Shown here: positions 11,042 through 21,266 of the stretch, piece by piece | How positions within the stretch are numbered: position 1 is the first letter of the stretch | Layout of the letters: each line of letters starts with the position of its first letter | DNA from: an uncultured archaeon | GTDB lineage: Archaea > Iainarchaeota > Iainarchaeia > Iainarchaeales > 1-14-0-10-31-34 | Reading direction: 5' to 3' | Assembly: GCA_964608675.1 (NCBI GenBank) | Contig: CAZSOZ010000001.1 | Location: forward strand, 256,001-320,000 | Length of the DNA: 64,000 nucleotides | Notes under the pieces: model-generated | Database searches by the model: none | Told to the model about the DNA's origin: nothing | What the model saw: the letters and a program-made list of their open reading frames with translations, nothing else | Made by a program: the position numbers and the translations under genes

Positions 11042-12022
11042 TTGATGATTAAAGTTGCAATAAATGGTTTTGGAAGAATTGGAAGGATTATTTTAAGAGA
11101 GGGATTAAACAGAAAAAACATTGATTTTGTTGCAGTAAATGATTTGACTGACAATAAAAATTTGGCGCATTTATTCAAGCATGATTCAGTTCACGGAACC
11201 TTTCAGGGAGAAGTTTCTTTTGATGAAAACAGCATTTCTGTTAACGGAAAAAAAATAAAGGTTTTTTCAGAACCCAACCCTGAAAAACTTCCCTGGAAAG
11301 AGCTTGGAGTTCAAGCAGTATTTGAATGCACAGGAAAATTAAGAAAAAACGAGGATTTTAAAAAGCATTTAATGGCCGGAGCAAAAAAAGTAATTGTTTC
11401 TGCTCCTGCTGAAGGAGTTGATTCAACTGTTGTTTTAGGTGTAAATGATTCAAAGGAATGGACTTCTTTATCTAATGCTTCCTGTACTACCAACTGTCTT
11501 GCTCCAGTTGCAATGGTTTTGGAAAAAGAATTTGGAATTGTTTCAGGAATGATGAACACAATTCATGCTTACACAAGCGATCAAAGACTTTTGGATGCTC
11601 CTCATAAGGATTTAAGGAGAGCAAGAGCTGCTGCTTTATCAATTATTCCTACAACTACTGGAGCAACAAAAGCAGTAGGAAAAGTTCTTCCTTCTGTTGA
11701 AGGAAAACTGGACGGAGTATCTTTAAGGGTGCCTGTTCCTGCAGGGTCGATAACAGATTTTGTTTGTGTGTTAAAAAAAGAAGCAACTGTTGAAGAAGTT
11801 AATTCAGCTTTAAAGAAGGCATCTGAAACTTATTTGAAAGGCATACTTGAATATACTGAAGAACCTTTGGTTTCAAGAGACATTATTGGAAACAAGCATT
11901 CAAGCATTGTTGATTCTTCTTTAACTCAAGTAGTAAACAAAAATATGGTGAGAGTTCTTTCGTGGTATGATAATGAATGGGGGTATTCTGCAAGAATGCT
12001 TGACTTAATTGAAAAAATTTGA
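11042..12022 (+). CDS. gap: Glyceraldehyde-3-phosphate dehydrogenase, class I (bacterial type)
   Basis: VAINGFGRIGR, catalytic NASCTTNCLAP, and WYDNEWGYS. Confidence 0.97.
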   Translation: MMIKVAINGFGRIGRIILREGLNRKNIDFVAVNDLTDNKNLAHLFKHDSVHGTFQGEVSFDENSISVNGKKIKVFSEPNPEKLPWKELGVQAVFECTGKLRKNEDFKKHLMAGAKKVIVSAPAEGVDSTVVLGVNDSKEWTSLSNASCTTNCLAPVAMVLEKEFGIVSGMMNTIHAYTSDQRLLDAPHKDLRRARAAALSIIPTTTGATKAVGKVLPSVEGKLDGVSLRVPVPAGSITDFVCVLKKEATVEEVNSALKKASETYLKGILEYTEEPLVSRDIIGNKHSSIVDSSLTQVVNKNMVRVLSWYDNEWGYSARMLDLIEKI

Positions 12023-12031
12023 GGAAAAAAA

Positions 12032-13240
12032 ATGCTGAAACCGATTTCTGAAATTCAAATAAAAGGAAAAACAATTTTAGTAAGAGCAGACTTAAATTCT
12101 TCTGTTAAAAACAGAAAAATTATTTCAGGCCAAAGACTTAAAGAGCATTCTAAGACACTTTTAATGCTTTCCTCTAAAAAAGCAAAAACAGTTGTTCTTT
12201 CTCATCAGGGAAGAAAAGAACGCGATGACTTTATTTCATTAAAAAATCATCTTTCAATTTTAGAAGAACTAACAGGAAAAAAAATTCAATTCAGTTCATG
12301 GAAAGAAAATTTCAAACAAAAAATTTCTGCTTTAAAGGAAGAAGAAATTCTGTTAATGGAAAACACAAGGTTTTTGGAATTTGAGTCAGAAGAAAAAACT
12401 CCTGAAGAACACTCAAAGCAGAAAATAATTCAGGAACTTGCATCGGTTGCTGATGCGTTTGTTTTGGATGCATTAAGTGTTTCTCACAGAAGCCATGCTT
12501 CTGTTGTAGGTTTTATTCCTTTAATTCCTTCTTTTTCCGGTCCAGTTTTGGATTCAGAATTAATTAATCTTGATAAAGCCCTTAATTTTAAGGAATCTCC
12601 AAGAGTTCTTTTTTTAGGAGGAGCAAAACCCGAGGATTCCATAAAAACTCTTTCTTTTTTTCTGAAAGAAAACAAAACAGACAAAGCCCTTCTTTCAGGG
12701 ATTTTAGGAGAACTTTTTTTGTCTGCTCAAGGAATAAAATTTGGTGCAAAAGACTCTTTTTTTGAATCAAAGAATTATTTTGAGTTAATTCCTGAAATAA
12801 AAGAAATTCATAGTTCATTCAAAGAAAAAATTTTTTTGCCCGAAGATTTTGCTTTAAACAAAAACAAAAAAAGAAAAAATCTTTCTGCTGAAAACCTGCC
12901 TTCAGATTTTGAAACAAAAGACATCGGAAAAAAAACAATTCAAAAATTTTCAGAGGAAATAAAAAAAGCTAAAATGATTGTATTTAACGGCCCGCCGGGA
13001 GTTTTTGAAGAAAAAGAATTTTCTTTGGGAACAAAATCAGTTTTTCAGGCCATGAAAGAAAACTCATGCTTTACTTTTTTAGGAGGAGGAGACACAGGAA
13101 CTGCTTTAATTTCTTTAGGGTTTTCTCCTTGTGATTTTTCTTTTGTTTCTTTGAGTGGAAAAGCTTCTTTAAAGTATTTGTCAGGAAAAAAATTGGTTGC
13201 AGTTGAAGCATTAAAGCAATCAAAACTAAAATTAAAATAA
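12032..13240 (+). CDS. pgk: Phosphoglycerate kinase
   Basis: LVRADLN, SHQGR, LMENTRF, LGGAK, FNGPPGVFE and GGGDT motifs. It follows gap. Confidence 0.95.
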   Translation: MLKPISEIQIKGKTILVRADLNSSVKNRKIISGQRLKEHSKTLLMLSSKKAKTVVLSHQGRKERDDFISLKNHLSILEELTGKKIQFSSWKENFKQKISALKEEEILLMENTRFLEFESEEKTPEEHSKQKIIQELASVADAFVLDALSVSHRSHASVVGFIPLIPSFSGPVLDSELINLDKALNFKESPRVLFLGGAKPEDSIKTLSFFLKENKTDKALLSGILGELFLSAQGIKFGAKDSFFESKNYFELIPEIKEIHSSFKEKIFLPEDFALNKNKKRKNLSAENLPSDFETKDIGKKTIQKFSEEIKKAKMIVFNGPPGVFEEKEFSLGTKSVFQAMKENSCFTFLGGGDTGTALISLGFSPCDFSFVSLSGKASLKYLSGKKLVAVEALKQSKLKLK

Positions 13241-13290
13241 TTTTTTTAAAGCTGAATAATTAATTTTTTTTTCTAAACTTAATTTTTTTT

Positions 13291-13794
13291 TTATGTTCCA
13301 CAGACTTCTTCAATACAATCACAGTTTCCATCGCATGCCTCAAAATCATTTTCTGTATTGCAGGTTTCGTCTGTACAATCACAGCCGTATTCTGCGCAAT
13401 ACTGTGATTCACATGAAGGATTGTTCATTTTGTTGGTTAATTCTCCTATTTCGTTGTAAACACAAGGCTCTATTGCATCAGGTCCTTCGCAGTTGTCATA
13501 AACAACAAAATTATAGATTCCTATTGCAGAGTACACTAAACTTAAAATCATAATTAAAGTAAAAATCCATGAAATTACTTCAAAGTGTTTGAAAACAATT
13601 CCTCCTATTTTAGGATTTCTTTTCATTATTTTTCCAGTTAACTTCATTTTCATTTTCTTGTCAAAAGATGTTTCACATTTTCTTAAAGTAATTCTTCGGA
13701 AAACACAGTCAAATGCTTCTTTTGCATAATCCTTGTATTTAGCTGAAAAAACTCCCAATAATGCAAAAACAATTAAGGCAATAAAACAAATCAT
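13291..13794 (-). CDS. Hypothetical membrane protein with a Cys-rich C-terminal tail
   Basis: Two hydrophobic segments. The acidic C-terminus contains about 11 Cys. Confidence 0.7.
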   Translation of the reverse strand: MICFIALIVFALLGVFSAKYKDYAKEAFDCVFRRITLRKCETSFDKKMKMKLTGKIMKRNPKIGGIVFKHFEVISWIFTLIMILSLVYSAIGIYNFVVYDNCEGPDAIEPCVYNEIGELTNKMNNPSCESQYCAEYGCDCTDETCNTENDFEACDGNCDCIEEVCGT

Positions 13795-13859
13795 TCAATC
13801 ACTTTTTAGAAATAAATATTACTGCAGGAATCCTTTTTAATTGAATTTACCTGCTTAGT

Positions 13860-16544
13860 TCATTCAATTAATACTGCCGGCTTTAATGGAAAAGCATTTC
13901 CTGCTTTTTTCTCTGAACTTTTTTCTGCTTCAATTAATTCAATTTCTGCGTTGAATTTTTCTTTTAATTTTTTTAGGTTTTCTTTTAAGGCTTTTATTTC
14001 ATTTATTTCAATTAATTCCTGTGTTTCATTCAGTTTTTTTACTGCAGTCTGAACAAATCCTTTTGCTTCTTTTGCATGCTGTTTTCCTTCTTTTGTCTGC
14101 ATTGCTTTTTTCATTCCAAACCCAAATTCAATTCTGTTGTTTTCCTGCTTTAATTTTTCTTCAAACAATTTTTTCATTAGAATCCATTTCCATTCAGGTG
14201 CAGTAAAAATTTTTATTCTGCTTATTTTTTGTTTTCCTGCAAGCTCTTTAATTTGTTCAACATCAGATTCCAGATTTTCAATGAATTCCTGTTGTTTTTC
14301 TATTTGAACGTAAATTTTTTTTTCTTCTGCTTTCGGCCATTCCTGTAAGCTGGCAAAACCTTTTCCTTTAAGTTTTTCCCATAATTCTTCACTTAAATGA
14401 GGTGCAAAAGGATTCAGCATTAAAACAAGTTTTTCAATTCCTTCTCTGAAAACAGGGCTTTCTTTTTTTTCAAATTTTCCCAGTTCACTGCTTAACTGGC
14501 TTAATTCTGAAACAGCTTTGTTTAACTGCAGGCTTTCAGTGTATTCAGTGCATTTTTTTATTGTTCTTTGAATTTTTGAAAGCAGTAATTTTTCTTTTGA
14601 ATCAAGTTTTGTTTTTATTTTTTCTTTTTTTGGGTTTTCTTTGATGATTGAATAAATTCTGTTTAAAAACTTGAATGAATTTTCTGTTCCTTTTGAATTC
14701 CATTCCATTTCGCTTTCCGGATTGCTTGCAGACAAAATAAACACTCTTGCAGTATCTGCTCCAAATCTTTGAATTATTTCTCCTGGGTCAACTATATTTC
14801 CCAGGCTTTTGCTCATTGCTTTTCCGTCTTTTAAAACCATTCCTTGTGTAAGGAGTTTTTCAAAAGGTTCATCAATTTTTATTAAACCCAAATCTCTTAT
14901 TGCTTTAGTGAAAAACCTTGCATACATTAAATGAAGTATTGCGTGTTCTATTCCTCCAATGTACTGGTTTACAGGCATCCAGTATTCTGCTTCTTTTTTG
15001 TCAAACATTTTGTCTGTTTTAGGAGAGCAGTACCTTAAAAAATACCAGCTTGAATCAAAAAAAGTGTCCATAGTGTCTGTTTCTCTTCTGGCTTTTCCTT
15101 TGCATTTTGGGCATTCTGTTTCAACAAATTCTTTAACTGAATCCAGAGGATTTCCTTTTCCTGTAAATTCTGCGTTTTCAGGAAGCTTAATCGGAAGATT
15201 TTTTTCTTGAACCAACTGAATCCCGCATTTTTTACAGTAAACAACAGGAATTGGTGTTCCCCAAAACCTCTGCCTTGAAATCAGCCAGTCCCTCAACTTA
15301 TAATTTACGGTTTTTTTTCCTATTTTTTTTTCTTCTAAAAAATCACTTATTTTTTCTTTTGCTTTTTCTGAATTCATTCCATTAAACTCTTTTGAGTTAA
15401 CCATTATTCCTTCTTCAGTGAAAGCTTCTTTCATTTCTTCTGCTTTTAGTTTTTTTTCTTTGGGCTGAATTACAACTTTAATTGGCAGACCATATTTTTT
15501 TGCAAACAAAAAATCTCTTTGGTCGTGCGCTGGAACAGCCATTACTGCTCCTGTACCGTATTCCATTACAGCGTAATCAGCAACAAAAATTTTGCATTCT
15601 TCTCCATTAACAGGATTAATGAAATGTTTTCCGATAAACATTCCTTTTTTTTCCAGTCCTTCTGATGTTCTTTCAATTATTGTCTGTTTTTTTACTTCCT
15701 TTAAGAATTCATTTAATTTTTCTTTGTATTTTGTTCCTTTAACCCATTCTTTTATTTTTTCGTGTTCCGGCGCAAACACTAAATAAGTTATTCCAAAAAT
15801 TGTGTCTGGCCGTGTAGTAAAAGTTGAAATTGTTTCTCCTGTTTCTTTTACTTTAAAATAAATTTCAGTTCCCTTGCTTTTTCCAATCCAGTTTTTTTGC
15901 ATTACTTTAACTCTTTCAGGCCAATCCTTTAATTTTTTTAAGTCTTCTAATAGTTCATCTGCATAATCAGTTATTTTCAGAAACCATTGCTCTAATTCTT
16001 TTTCTCCTGCAATACTTTTGCATCTCCAGCATTTTCCGTTTTCAACCTGCTCGTTTGCTAAAACTGTTCTGCATTCTTTGCACCAGTTTACTTTTGATTT
16101 TTTTTTGTAAGCCAGACCTTTTTTGTAAAATTCTCTGAACAGCCATTGATTCCATTTATAGTATTCTGGATCGGCTGTAGCAAAGCTTCTGTTCCAGTCA
16201 TAACTGAATCCAAGCATTTTTTGTTGTTCTTTCATTTCTTGAATTCTTTGGTAAGTCCATTTTTTTGGGTTTACTTTGCTTTTGATTGCCGCGTTTTCTG
16301 CAGGCAAACCTAAGGCATCATATCCCATTGGATACAATACATTAAATCCTTTCATTCTTTTGAATCTTGCAAGCGCGTCTCCGATTGAATAATTCCTTAC
16401 ATGCCCCATATGCAGTTTTCCTGAAGGATAAGGGAACATTTCCAGTACATAATATTTTTTTTTCTTTGAATCAGTTTTTACTTCAAAAACTTTTTTTTCT
16501 TTCCATTTTTTCTGCCATTTTTCTTCAATTTTTTTATGGTTCAT
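13860..16544 (-). CDS. leuS: Leucyl-tRNA synthetase (bacterial-type core, archaeal-type C-terminal domain)
   Basis: [18 protein letters not shown], editing domain [35 protein letters not shown] and AMSKS. It ends [15 protein letters not shown]. Confidence 0.97.
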   Translation of the reverse strand: MNHKKIEEKWQKKWKEKKVFEVKTDSKKKKYYVLEMFPYPSGKLHMGHVRNYSIGDALARFKRMKGFNVLYPMGYDALGLPAENAAIKSKVNPKKWTYQRIQEMKEQQKMLGFSYDWNRSFATADPEYYKWNQWLFREFYKKGLAYKKKSKVNWCKECRTVLANEQVENGKCWRCKSIAGEKELEQWFLKITDYADELLEDLKKLKDWPERVKVMQKNWIGKSKGTEIYFKVKETGETISTFTTRPDTIFGITYLVFAPEHEKIKEWVKGTKYKEKLNEFLKEVKKQTIIERTSEGLEKKGMFIGKHFINPVNGEECKIFVADYAVMEYGTGAVMAVPAHDQRDFLFAKKYGLPIKVVIQPKEKKLKAEEMKEAFTEEGIMVNSKEFNGMNSEKAKEKISDFLEEKKIGKKTVNYKLRDWLISRQRFWGTPIPVVYCKKCGIQLVQEKNLPIKLPENAEFTGKGNPLDSVKEFVETECPKCKGKARRETDTMDTFFDSSWYFLRYCSPKTDKMFDKKEAEYWMPVNQYIGGIEHAILHLMYARFFTKAIRDLGLIKIDEPFEKLLTQGMVLKDGKAMSKSLGNIVDPGEIIQRFGADTARVFILSASNPESEMEWNSKGTENSFKFLNRIYSIIKENPKKEKIKTKLDSKEKLLLSKIQRTIKKCTEYTESLQLNKAVSELSQLSSELGKFEKKESPVFREGIEKLVLMLNPFAPHLSEELWEKLKGKGFASLQEWPKAEEKKIYVQIEKQQEFIENLESDVEQIKELAGKQKISRIKIFTAPEWKWILMKKLFEEKLKQENNRIEFGFGMKKAMQTKEGKQHAKEAKGFVQTAVKKLNETQELIEINEIKALKENLKKLKEKFNAEIELIEAEKSSEKKAGNAFPLKPAVLIE

Positions 16545-16662
16545 TTTTTCACTTTTTTTTTAGCCTGTTTATTTATTGGTTTAAGAAAAAGTTTTAATAG
16601 TCATTTAATTTTCTTGTGCATTTAAAAGCTTTTTTCTGTTTCTTTTTTTTTAGGTGATTTTT

Positions 16663-16842
16663 TTGGTTGAACAAAGATTTCCTGAATATAACCCTGAAAT
16701 TTGCGCTTATTGTGGTGCATGTGTTGCAGTTTGTCCTGCATTGGCTTTGGATTTAAAGGAAAAAAGAATTGTTTTTTATGAAGACAAATGCATTAAATGT
16801 CTTGCTTGTGCTAAAATTTGTCCTGTTGGAGCATTAAAGTAA
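16663..16842 (+). CDS. 2[4Fe-4S] ferredoxin
   Basis: Two CxxCxxCxxxCP motifs. A GGTGA RBS precedes TTG at 16663. Confidence 0.92.
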   Translation: MVEQRFPEYNPEICAYCGACVAVCPALALDLKEKRIVFYEDKCIKCLACAKICPVGALK

Positions 16843-16856
16843 TTTGGTGAAAAGAA

Positions 16857-18059
16857 ATGGAAAAGGAGTTTGACGTAATTGTTGTTGGAGGAGGTCCTGC
16901 TGGATTGCGGACAGCAGAAAAAACAGCAGAAAAAGGCCTTAAAGTTTTATTGCTTGAAAAAGATCAGGAAATAGGAAGCCCTGTAAGATGCGGGGAAGGC
17001 CTTGGGTTAGGCTGGTTTAACAGACTGGGAATTGAACCAAAACCTGAATTTGCTGTACAGCCAATGTATGGAGCAGTCTTGTATTCTCCTTCAGGAAAAG
17101 AATTAATTGTAAGGTTTGATAAAATTTCAGGTTATATTATTGAAAGAAGAATTTTTGAAAAATTTCTTGCAAGACAAGCTTCAAGGAAAGGAGCAAAAAT
17201 TCTTGCAAAAGCAACTGCCTTAAATGTTTTAAAAGAAGGAAATCAAGTTATTGGAATTAAAGCTTTAATTGACGGAAAAGAAGAAGAACTAAAAGCTAAA
17301 ATTGTTGTTGCTGCTGACGGAGTTGAATCTGTTATTGCAAGAAAAGCAGGTTTAAACACTACAAACAATCTTTATCATGTGGATTCAGGATACCAGTATG
17401 AAATGGCAGGAATTAAAATAAAGCACTCTGATTTAATTGCATTATATTTTTCAAACCAGCACGCTCCAAGAGGATACGTCTGGATTTTTCCTAAAGGAAA
17501 AGATTATGCTAATGTAGGCGTTGGAATTCTTGGTTCTGATACCAAAACAGCAAAAAAATACTTGGATGAATGGCTTGAAACACAGCCTGAACTAAAAAAT
17601 GCAAGCAAAGTAGTTGTTAATGCTGGCTGTATTCCTGTTGGAGGCTTTTTGGATAAAATGACTTCTCATGGTTTAATTGTTGTAGGAGATGCAGCTCATC
17701 AGGTTAATCCAATTCATGGAGGCGGAATGGGTATTGCGATGGAAGCAGCAGATGTTGCTTCAGAAGTAATAAAAGAAGCTTTTAATTCAAATGATTTTTC
17801 TGACAAAAAACTTTCAGAGTATACTTCCAGATGGTATCAAAAAAGAGGAAATAAACTAAAAAACATTTTAAAGAAAAGAAAAATGCTTGAATCAATTTCT
17901 GATGAAGATTTTGAAGTTTTGGTTAATTCTTTAAGTGGGGAAGACGTATTAAAATTGGCGGAAGGCGAATTAATGGAGTCAGCAAAACTGCTGACAAAAA
18001 AACTTGTGAAAAACCCAAAACTTGCAATGCTTATGGTTAAATACCTTAAAGAAAAATAA
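16857..18059 (+). CDS. Geranylgeranyl reductase family (digeranylgeranylglycerophospholipid reductase)
   Basis: GGGPAG FAD motif, PVRCGEG, GYVWIFPKG and VGDAA.QVNP.HGGG. Confidence 0.93.
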   Translation: MEKEFDVIVVGGGPAGLRTAEKTAEKGLKVLLLEKDQEIGSPVRCGEGLGLGWFNRLGIEPKPEFAVQPMYGAVLYSPSGKELIVRFDKISGYIIERRIFEKFLARQASRKGAKILAKATALNVLKEGNQVIGIKALIDGKEEELKAKIVVAADGVESVIARKAGLNTTNNLYHVDSGYQYEMAGIKIKHSDLIALYFSNQHAPRGYVWIFPKGKDYANVGVGILGSDTKTAKKYLDEWLETQPELKNASKVVVNAGCIPVGGFLDKMTSHGLIVVGDAAHQVNPIHGGGMGIAMEAADVASEVIKEAFNSNDFSDKKLSEYTSRWYQKRGNKLKNILKKRKMLESISDEDFEVLVNSLSGEDVLKLAEGELMESAKLLTKKLVKNPKLAMLMVKYLKEK

Positions 18060-18060
18060 T

Positions 18061-18603
18061 TCAGCTGTATAATTCTGTTATTTCATTTAATTTTATTTGC
18101 TGAGTGTTATAAATTTTTATTGCAGTTAATTCTTCTTTATTATTTTTAATTAATTCAACGTTAAATCTTTCTTTGGTTATTTCTTCATATTGATTAAAAT
18201 TCTTTAATTCAATTGTTTTTTTCTGTTCTATTAATACTTTGTTTTTTTCTGTAAAAGTTATTTCTGCGTTTTTATGAAACCATACTCCGTTAACGCTTTC
18301 TCCTGTTTTCAGGTTTTTTTCTAATTCAACCAGATAACCAAATTCATATCTATCAATCAATCCTCTTTTGTTTATTTTAATAAAAATGCTTTCTCCTTTT
18401 TTAATAAATCCAAGGTCTTTTTCTGTTAAAATTATTTTTTTTTCTTTTTCTAATTCAATTGCTTTGTTTCTTAAAGCAACAGGATAATTGAATTCAGTTT
18501 CATTTACTGCAATTGATTTGCCGGTAGGTTCTGCAGGCTCTGTAATGCATCCTAAAAAAAATAAAACAAGAACAATAACAAAATAATTTGTTTTTTTCAT
18601 CAA
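18061..18603 (-). CDS. Hypothetical lipoprotein
   Basis: Signal peptide ending in the lipobox-like FFLGC. Confidence 0.65.
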   Translation of the reverse strand: MMKKTNYFVIVLVLFFLGCITEPAEPTGKSIAVNETEFNYPVALRNKAIELEKEKKIILTEKDLGFIKKGESIFIKINKRGLIDRYEFGYLVELEKNLKTGESVNGVWFHKNAEITFTEKNKVLIEQKKTIELKNFNQYEEITKERFNVELIKNNKEELTAIKIYNTQQIKLNEITELYS

Positions 18604-18692
18604 TTACTCCTCAAGCAAAATTATGTATTAATCTGTGTTTTTTGTTGTTTTTATATTTATTGTTTTAATTCTTTTTGGGGTTTGAATAATTT

Positions 18693-19799
18693 ATGCAGTT
18701 ATTGGATTTAACTTTGAGTTATTTTTTAATGGAAGCAAAACCTTTTTTTGAGGAATCTTTTGTAAATAAAATTCAGGAACTGGACAAAGACAAATTCAAA
18801 TTAAAGCTTAGAACAAAACAAGGCATAAAAAACCTTTTTTTATTTCCTTCTGCGTTGTTTTTTTCTGACTACAAAATTAATGCAAGAAAGCAGACTTCAG
18901 GTTTTGGGGCCTTTTTAAGAAAAAGAATTGAAGGAAAAAAAATGCTTTCAGTAGAACAGCACAACTCAGACAGAATAATAAAAATTGAATTTTATGATTA
19001 TTTTTTGATTCTTGAATTATTTTTGAACGGAAACATTATTTTAACAGACAAAAACTTTGAAATAATTTCTGCATTAAAAAAAGAAGAAACAAAAAACAGG
19101 AAAATTTCAAAGAAACAAAAGTATGTTTTCCCTGAATCAGGAAAACTTGACCCAAAAAAAATGTTTTTTGAAGAATTTTTCGAAAAATTAAAAGAACAAG
19201 ACAAGGATTCTGTTTCAGCGCTTGTTTCGTGTGTTGAAATTTCTCCTGTTATTGCAAAAGAAGTTTTTTTCAAATTAAATTTAAAGGAAACCAATCCAGA
19301 CAAAATTACTGCAAAAAAAATTTTTGATGAAATAAAAGAAATTTATTCATTAAAACAAAAATCTGAACCAGTAATCATTCAGAAAGAAAAACAAAAATTT
19401 CTTCTTCCTTTTCCTTTGTTTTCAGAAAAAAATTTCATTAAAGTGAATTCTATTAATTCTGCTTTGGATGACTTTTATTCAAAAAAATTTTTTTCTTCAA
19501 AACAACCTGAAAAAAAACCAAAAAAACTTATTGCCTTACAGCACAGTTTTGCTGAACAGCATGCATCAGAAAAAAAACTTTTAAATCAGATTGAATTAAA
19601 CCGAAAAAAAGCAGAATCAATTTATGCAAACAGTCTTTTAATACAGCAGGCAATTGATTCCATAAAAAAAGGCTTTTTAAAAGAATTAAAGGAAAAAGAA
19701 ATAAAACAAAAAATAAATTCCTTTCTAAAGGAAAAAAACAGCAGGTTAACTCTGGTGTCTTTAACTAAAAACAAAGCAATAATTGAATTAAAAGAGTAA
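18693..19799 (+). CDS. NFACT/Rqc2 (FbpA-like) N-terminal domain protein, C-terminally short
   Basis: SGFGAFLRKRIEG...EQHNSDRII, LILELFLNGNIILTD and SINSALDDFY. No NFACT-R domain is evident. Confidence 0.8.
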   Translation: MQLLDLTLSYFLMEAKPFFEESFVNKIQELDKDKFKLKLRTKQGIKNLFLFPSALFFSDYKINARKQTSGFGAFLRKRIEGKKMLSVEQHNSDRIIKIEFYDYFLILELFLNGNIILTDKNFEIISALKKEETKNRKISKKQKYVFPESGKLDPKKMFFEEFFEKLKEQDKDSVSALVSCVEISPVIAKEVFFKLNLKETNPDKITAKKIFDEIKEIYSLKQKSEPVIIQKEKQKFLLPFPLFSEKNFIKVNSINSALDDFYSKKFFSSKQPEKKPKKLIALQHSFAEQHASEKKLLNQIELNRKKAESIYANSLLIQQAIDSIKKGFLKELKEKEIKQKINSFLKEKNSRLTLVSLTKNKAIIELKE

Positions 19800-19806
19800 A
19801 GCTGAA

Positions 19807-20073
19807 TTATTCTTCTACTGCGCTTAATTCTCTTTCGTCAACTATAAAAACATCGCTTACTGCTGTGACAGCAGAATAAGGAATGTTTATTACTCTGTCT
19901 TTTGTTCCTACTCTTTTAATTACTTTGCTGTCCCTGTCAACTTCTACTAAAAGGGTTTCAATTTCGCCTGTTATTTCATTTACTGTTAAGTCTGTTAGTT
20001 TTCCTACTTCGTCTCCTCTGTTTGTAATAACTCTTTTGGTAGCAAGCTGTCTTGCAACAGTATATTTATACAT
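19807..20073 (-). CDS. PRC-barrel domain protein (CdpB-like)
   Basis: RVITNRGDEVGKLTDL.VNEITGEIETLLV...IPYSAVTAVSDVFIV. Confidence 0.88.
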   Translation of the reverse strand: MYKYTVARQLATKRVITNRGDEVGKLTDLTVNEITGEIETLLVEVDRDSKVIKRVGTKDRVINIPYSAVTAVSDVFIVDERELSAVEE

Positions 20074-20319
20074 TCAAAAAACCATCCAATTTTTTTTTCT
20101 ATAATTTATAAAGTATTTACATATTTATAAATCTTCCGCTGAAATCCTCTATACATAAAATTTTCCTTAAAAATCTGCATTTAAAGCCGTTTTCAGGCGT
20201 TTTTGTTTTTCCGGTTTTTTTACCAAAAAAAATCAAAACAACGTTATGTATACTTGTGTTTTTTTCTTTTTTTTCTTTTTTTCAGTTAAGTTTTTTAAGT
20301 TCTTTTGCGTTATTTTTGC

Positions 20320-20571
20320 ATGGCTAAATCTGAATCATCAACTAAATCTAAAGCTTTTCCTGTTAAATTTGTTTTAATTTTTGTTTTTGGGTTTGTTTTA
20401 GGGGTTTTAATTCAGTTCATGTTTATTCAGCCAATGCTTGATAATGCTCCTTCATTTAAATCTTCTCTTGCTGACTGTGAAACAAGCAAAGAAATCTGTG
20501 ATAAAGAAGTCAAATCATATTTTGAGTGCTTTCAAAAACATTCAATTAATCCTAATACTGATTGTTCCTGA
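20320..20571 (+). CDS. Small single-TM hypothetical protein
   Basis: MAKSESS..., one TM helix and four C-terminal Cys. Confidence 0.6.
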   Translation: MAKSESSTKSKAFPVKFVLIFVFGFVLGVLIQFMFIQPMLDNAPSFKSSLADCETSKEICDKEVKSYFECFQKHSINPNTDCS

Positions 20572-21148
20572 CTTCGATTACTTTTCTTTTTTTTTCTTTG
20601 AAAATTTGCGCCTGAAAGCATTTTATTATGCATTCTTTTTGTTTCCAGTCTTTTTTGTTTAATCCTGCTTTAATGCAGGTCTGTTCTAAAAATTCTTCTG
20701 GATTCCATTTCCATTCAACTGCAACTTGAGGCAAAAGAAGACCTGAACGCCCGTTCATTTCAATTATCAAGCCGTCTTTTCCTATTCTGATTTTTTTGCC
20801 GGCCTTTGATTTGCTTTCTTTTATTTCTTTTGGAGAACTTAAAACAGAAATCTCTATTTCAATTTCTTCAAGTTCTTCTGCTTTCAAGGATTCAAACCTT
20901 GGGTCATTGAATCCGGCTGAAACGCCTGCTTCAATTACTGCAGTCCATAAAGGCATGACAGGATAAGGAAATCCAACGCATCCTCTTAATTCTCCTTTTT
21001 TGTGCAGGGAAACAAACACTCCTTGTTTTTCAGAATATTTTTTTGGAGGAATTTCTTTCATTATTGTTCTTGTTGCAAGAAAATATTTAATGCTTTTTCT
21101 TGCCAGTTCAATCAGTTTTTTTCCTTCTTCTAAAGATAATTCTGCCAT
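20552..21148 (-). CDS. AMMECR1-domain protein
   Basis: GVFVSL...LRGCVG, DPRF, IEISVLS, G.DGL and SGLLLPQVA. Confidence 0.93.
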   Translation of the reverse strand: MAELSLEEGKKLIELARKSIKYFLATRTIMKEIPPKKYSEKQGVFVSLHKKGELRGCVGFPYPVMPLWTAVIEAGVSAGFNDPRFESLKAEELEEIEIEISVLSSPKEIKESKSKAGKKIRIGKDGLIIEMNGRSGLLLPQVAVEWKWNPEEFLEQTCIKAGLNKKDWKQKECIIKCFQAQIFKEKKRKVIEVRNNQY

Positions 21149-21210
21149 TTAATTAAAATTACTGCAAACCTGTTTTAATTCTTTTTTTTTGGCTGTCCAA
21201 AAAGCAGTTA

Positions 21211-21226
21211 GTTCGTCAATCAACGT
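21211..21226. promoter_or_regulatory. Candidate regulatory motif GTTCGTCAATCAACGT (copy 2)
   Basis: 15/16 identical to 9855-9870. Confidence 0.45.
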
Positions 21227-21266
21227 TTGAATTCTTTTTTATTTATTTTTAAAGCAAAAATCAAAA

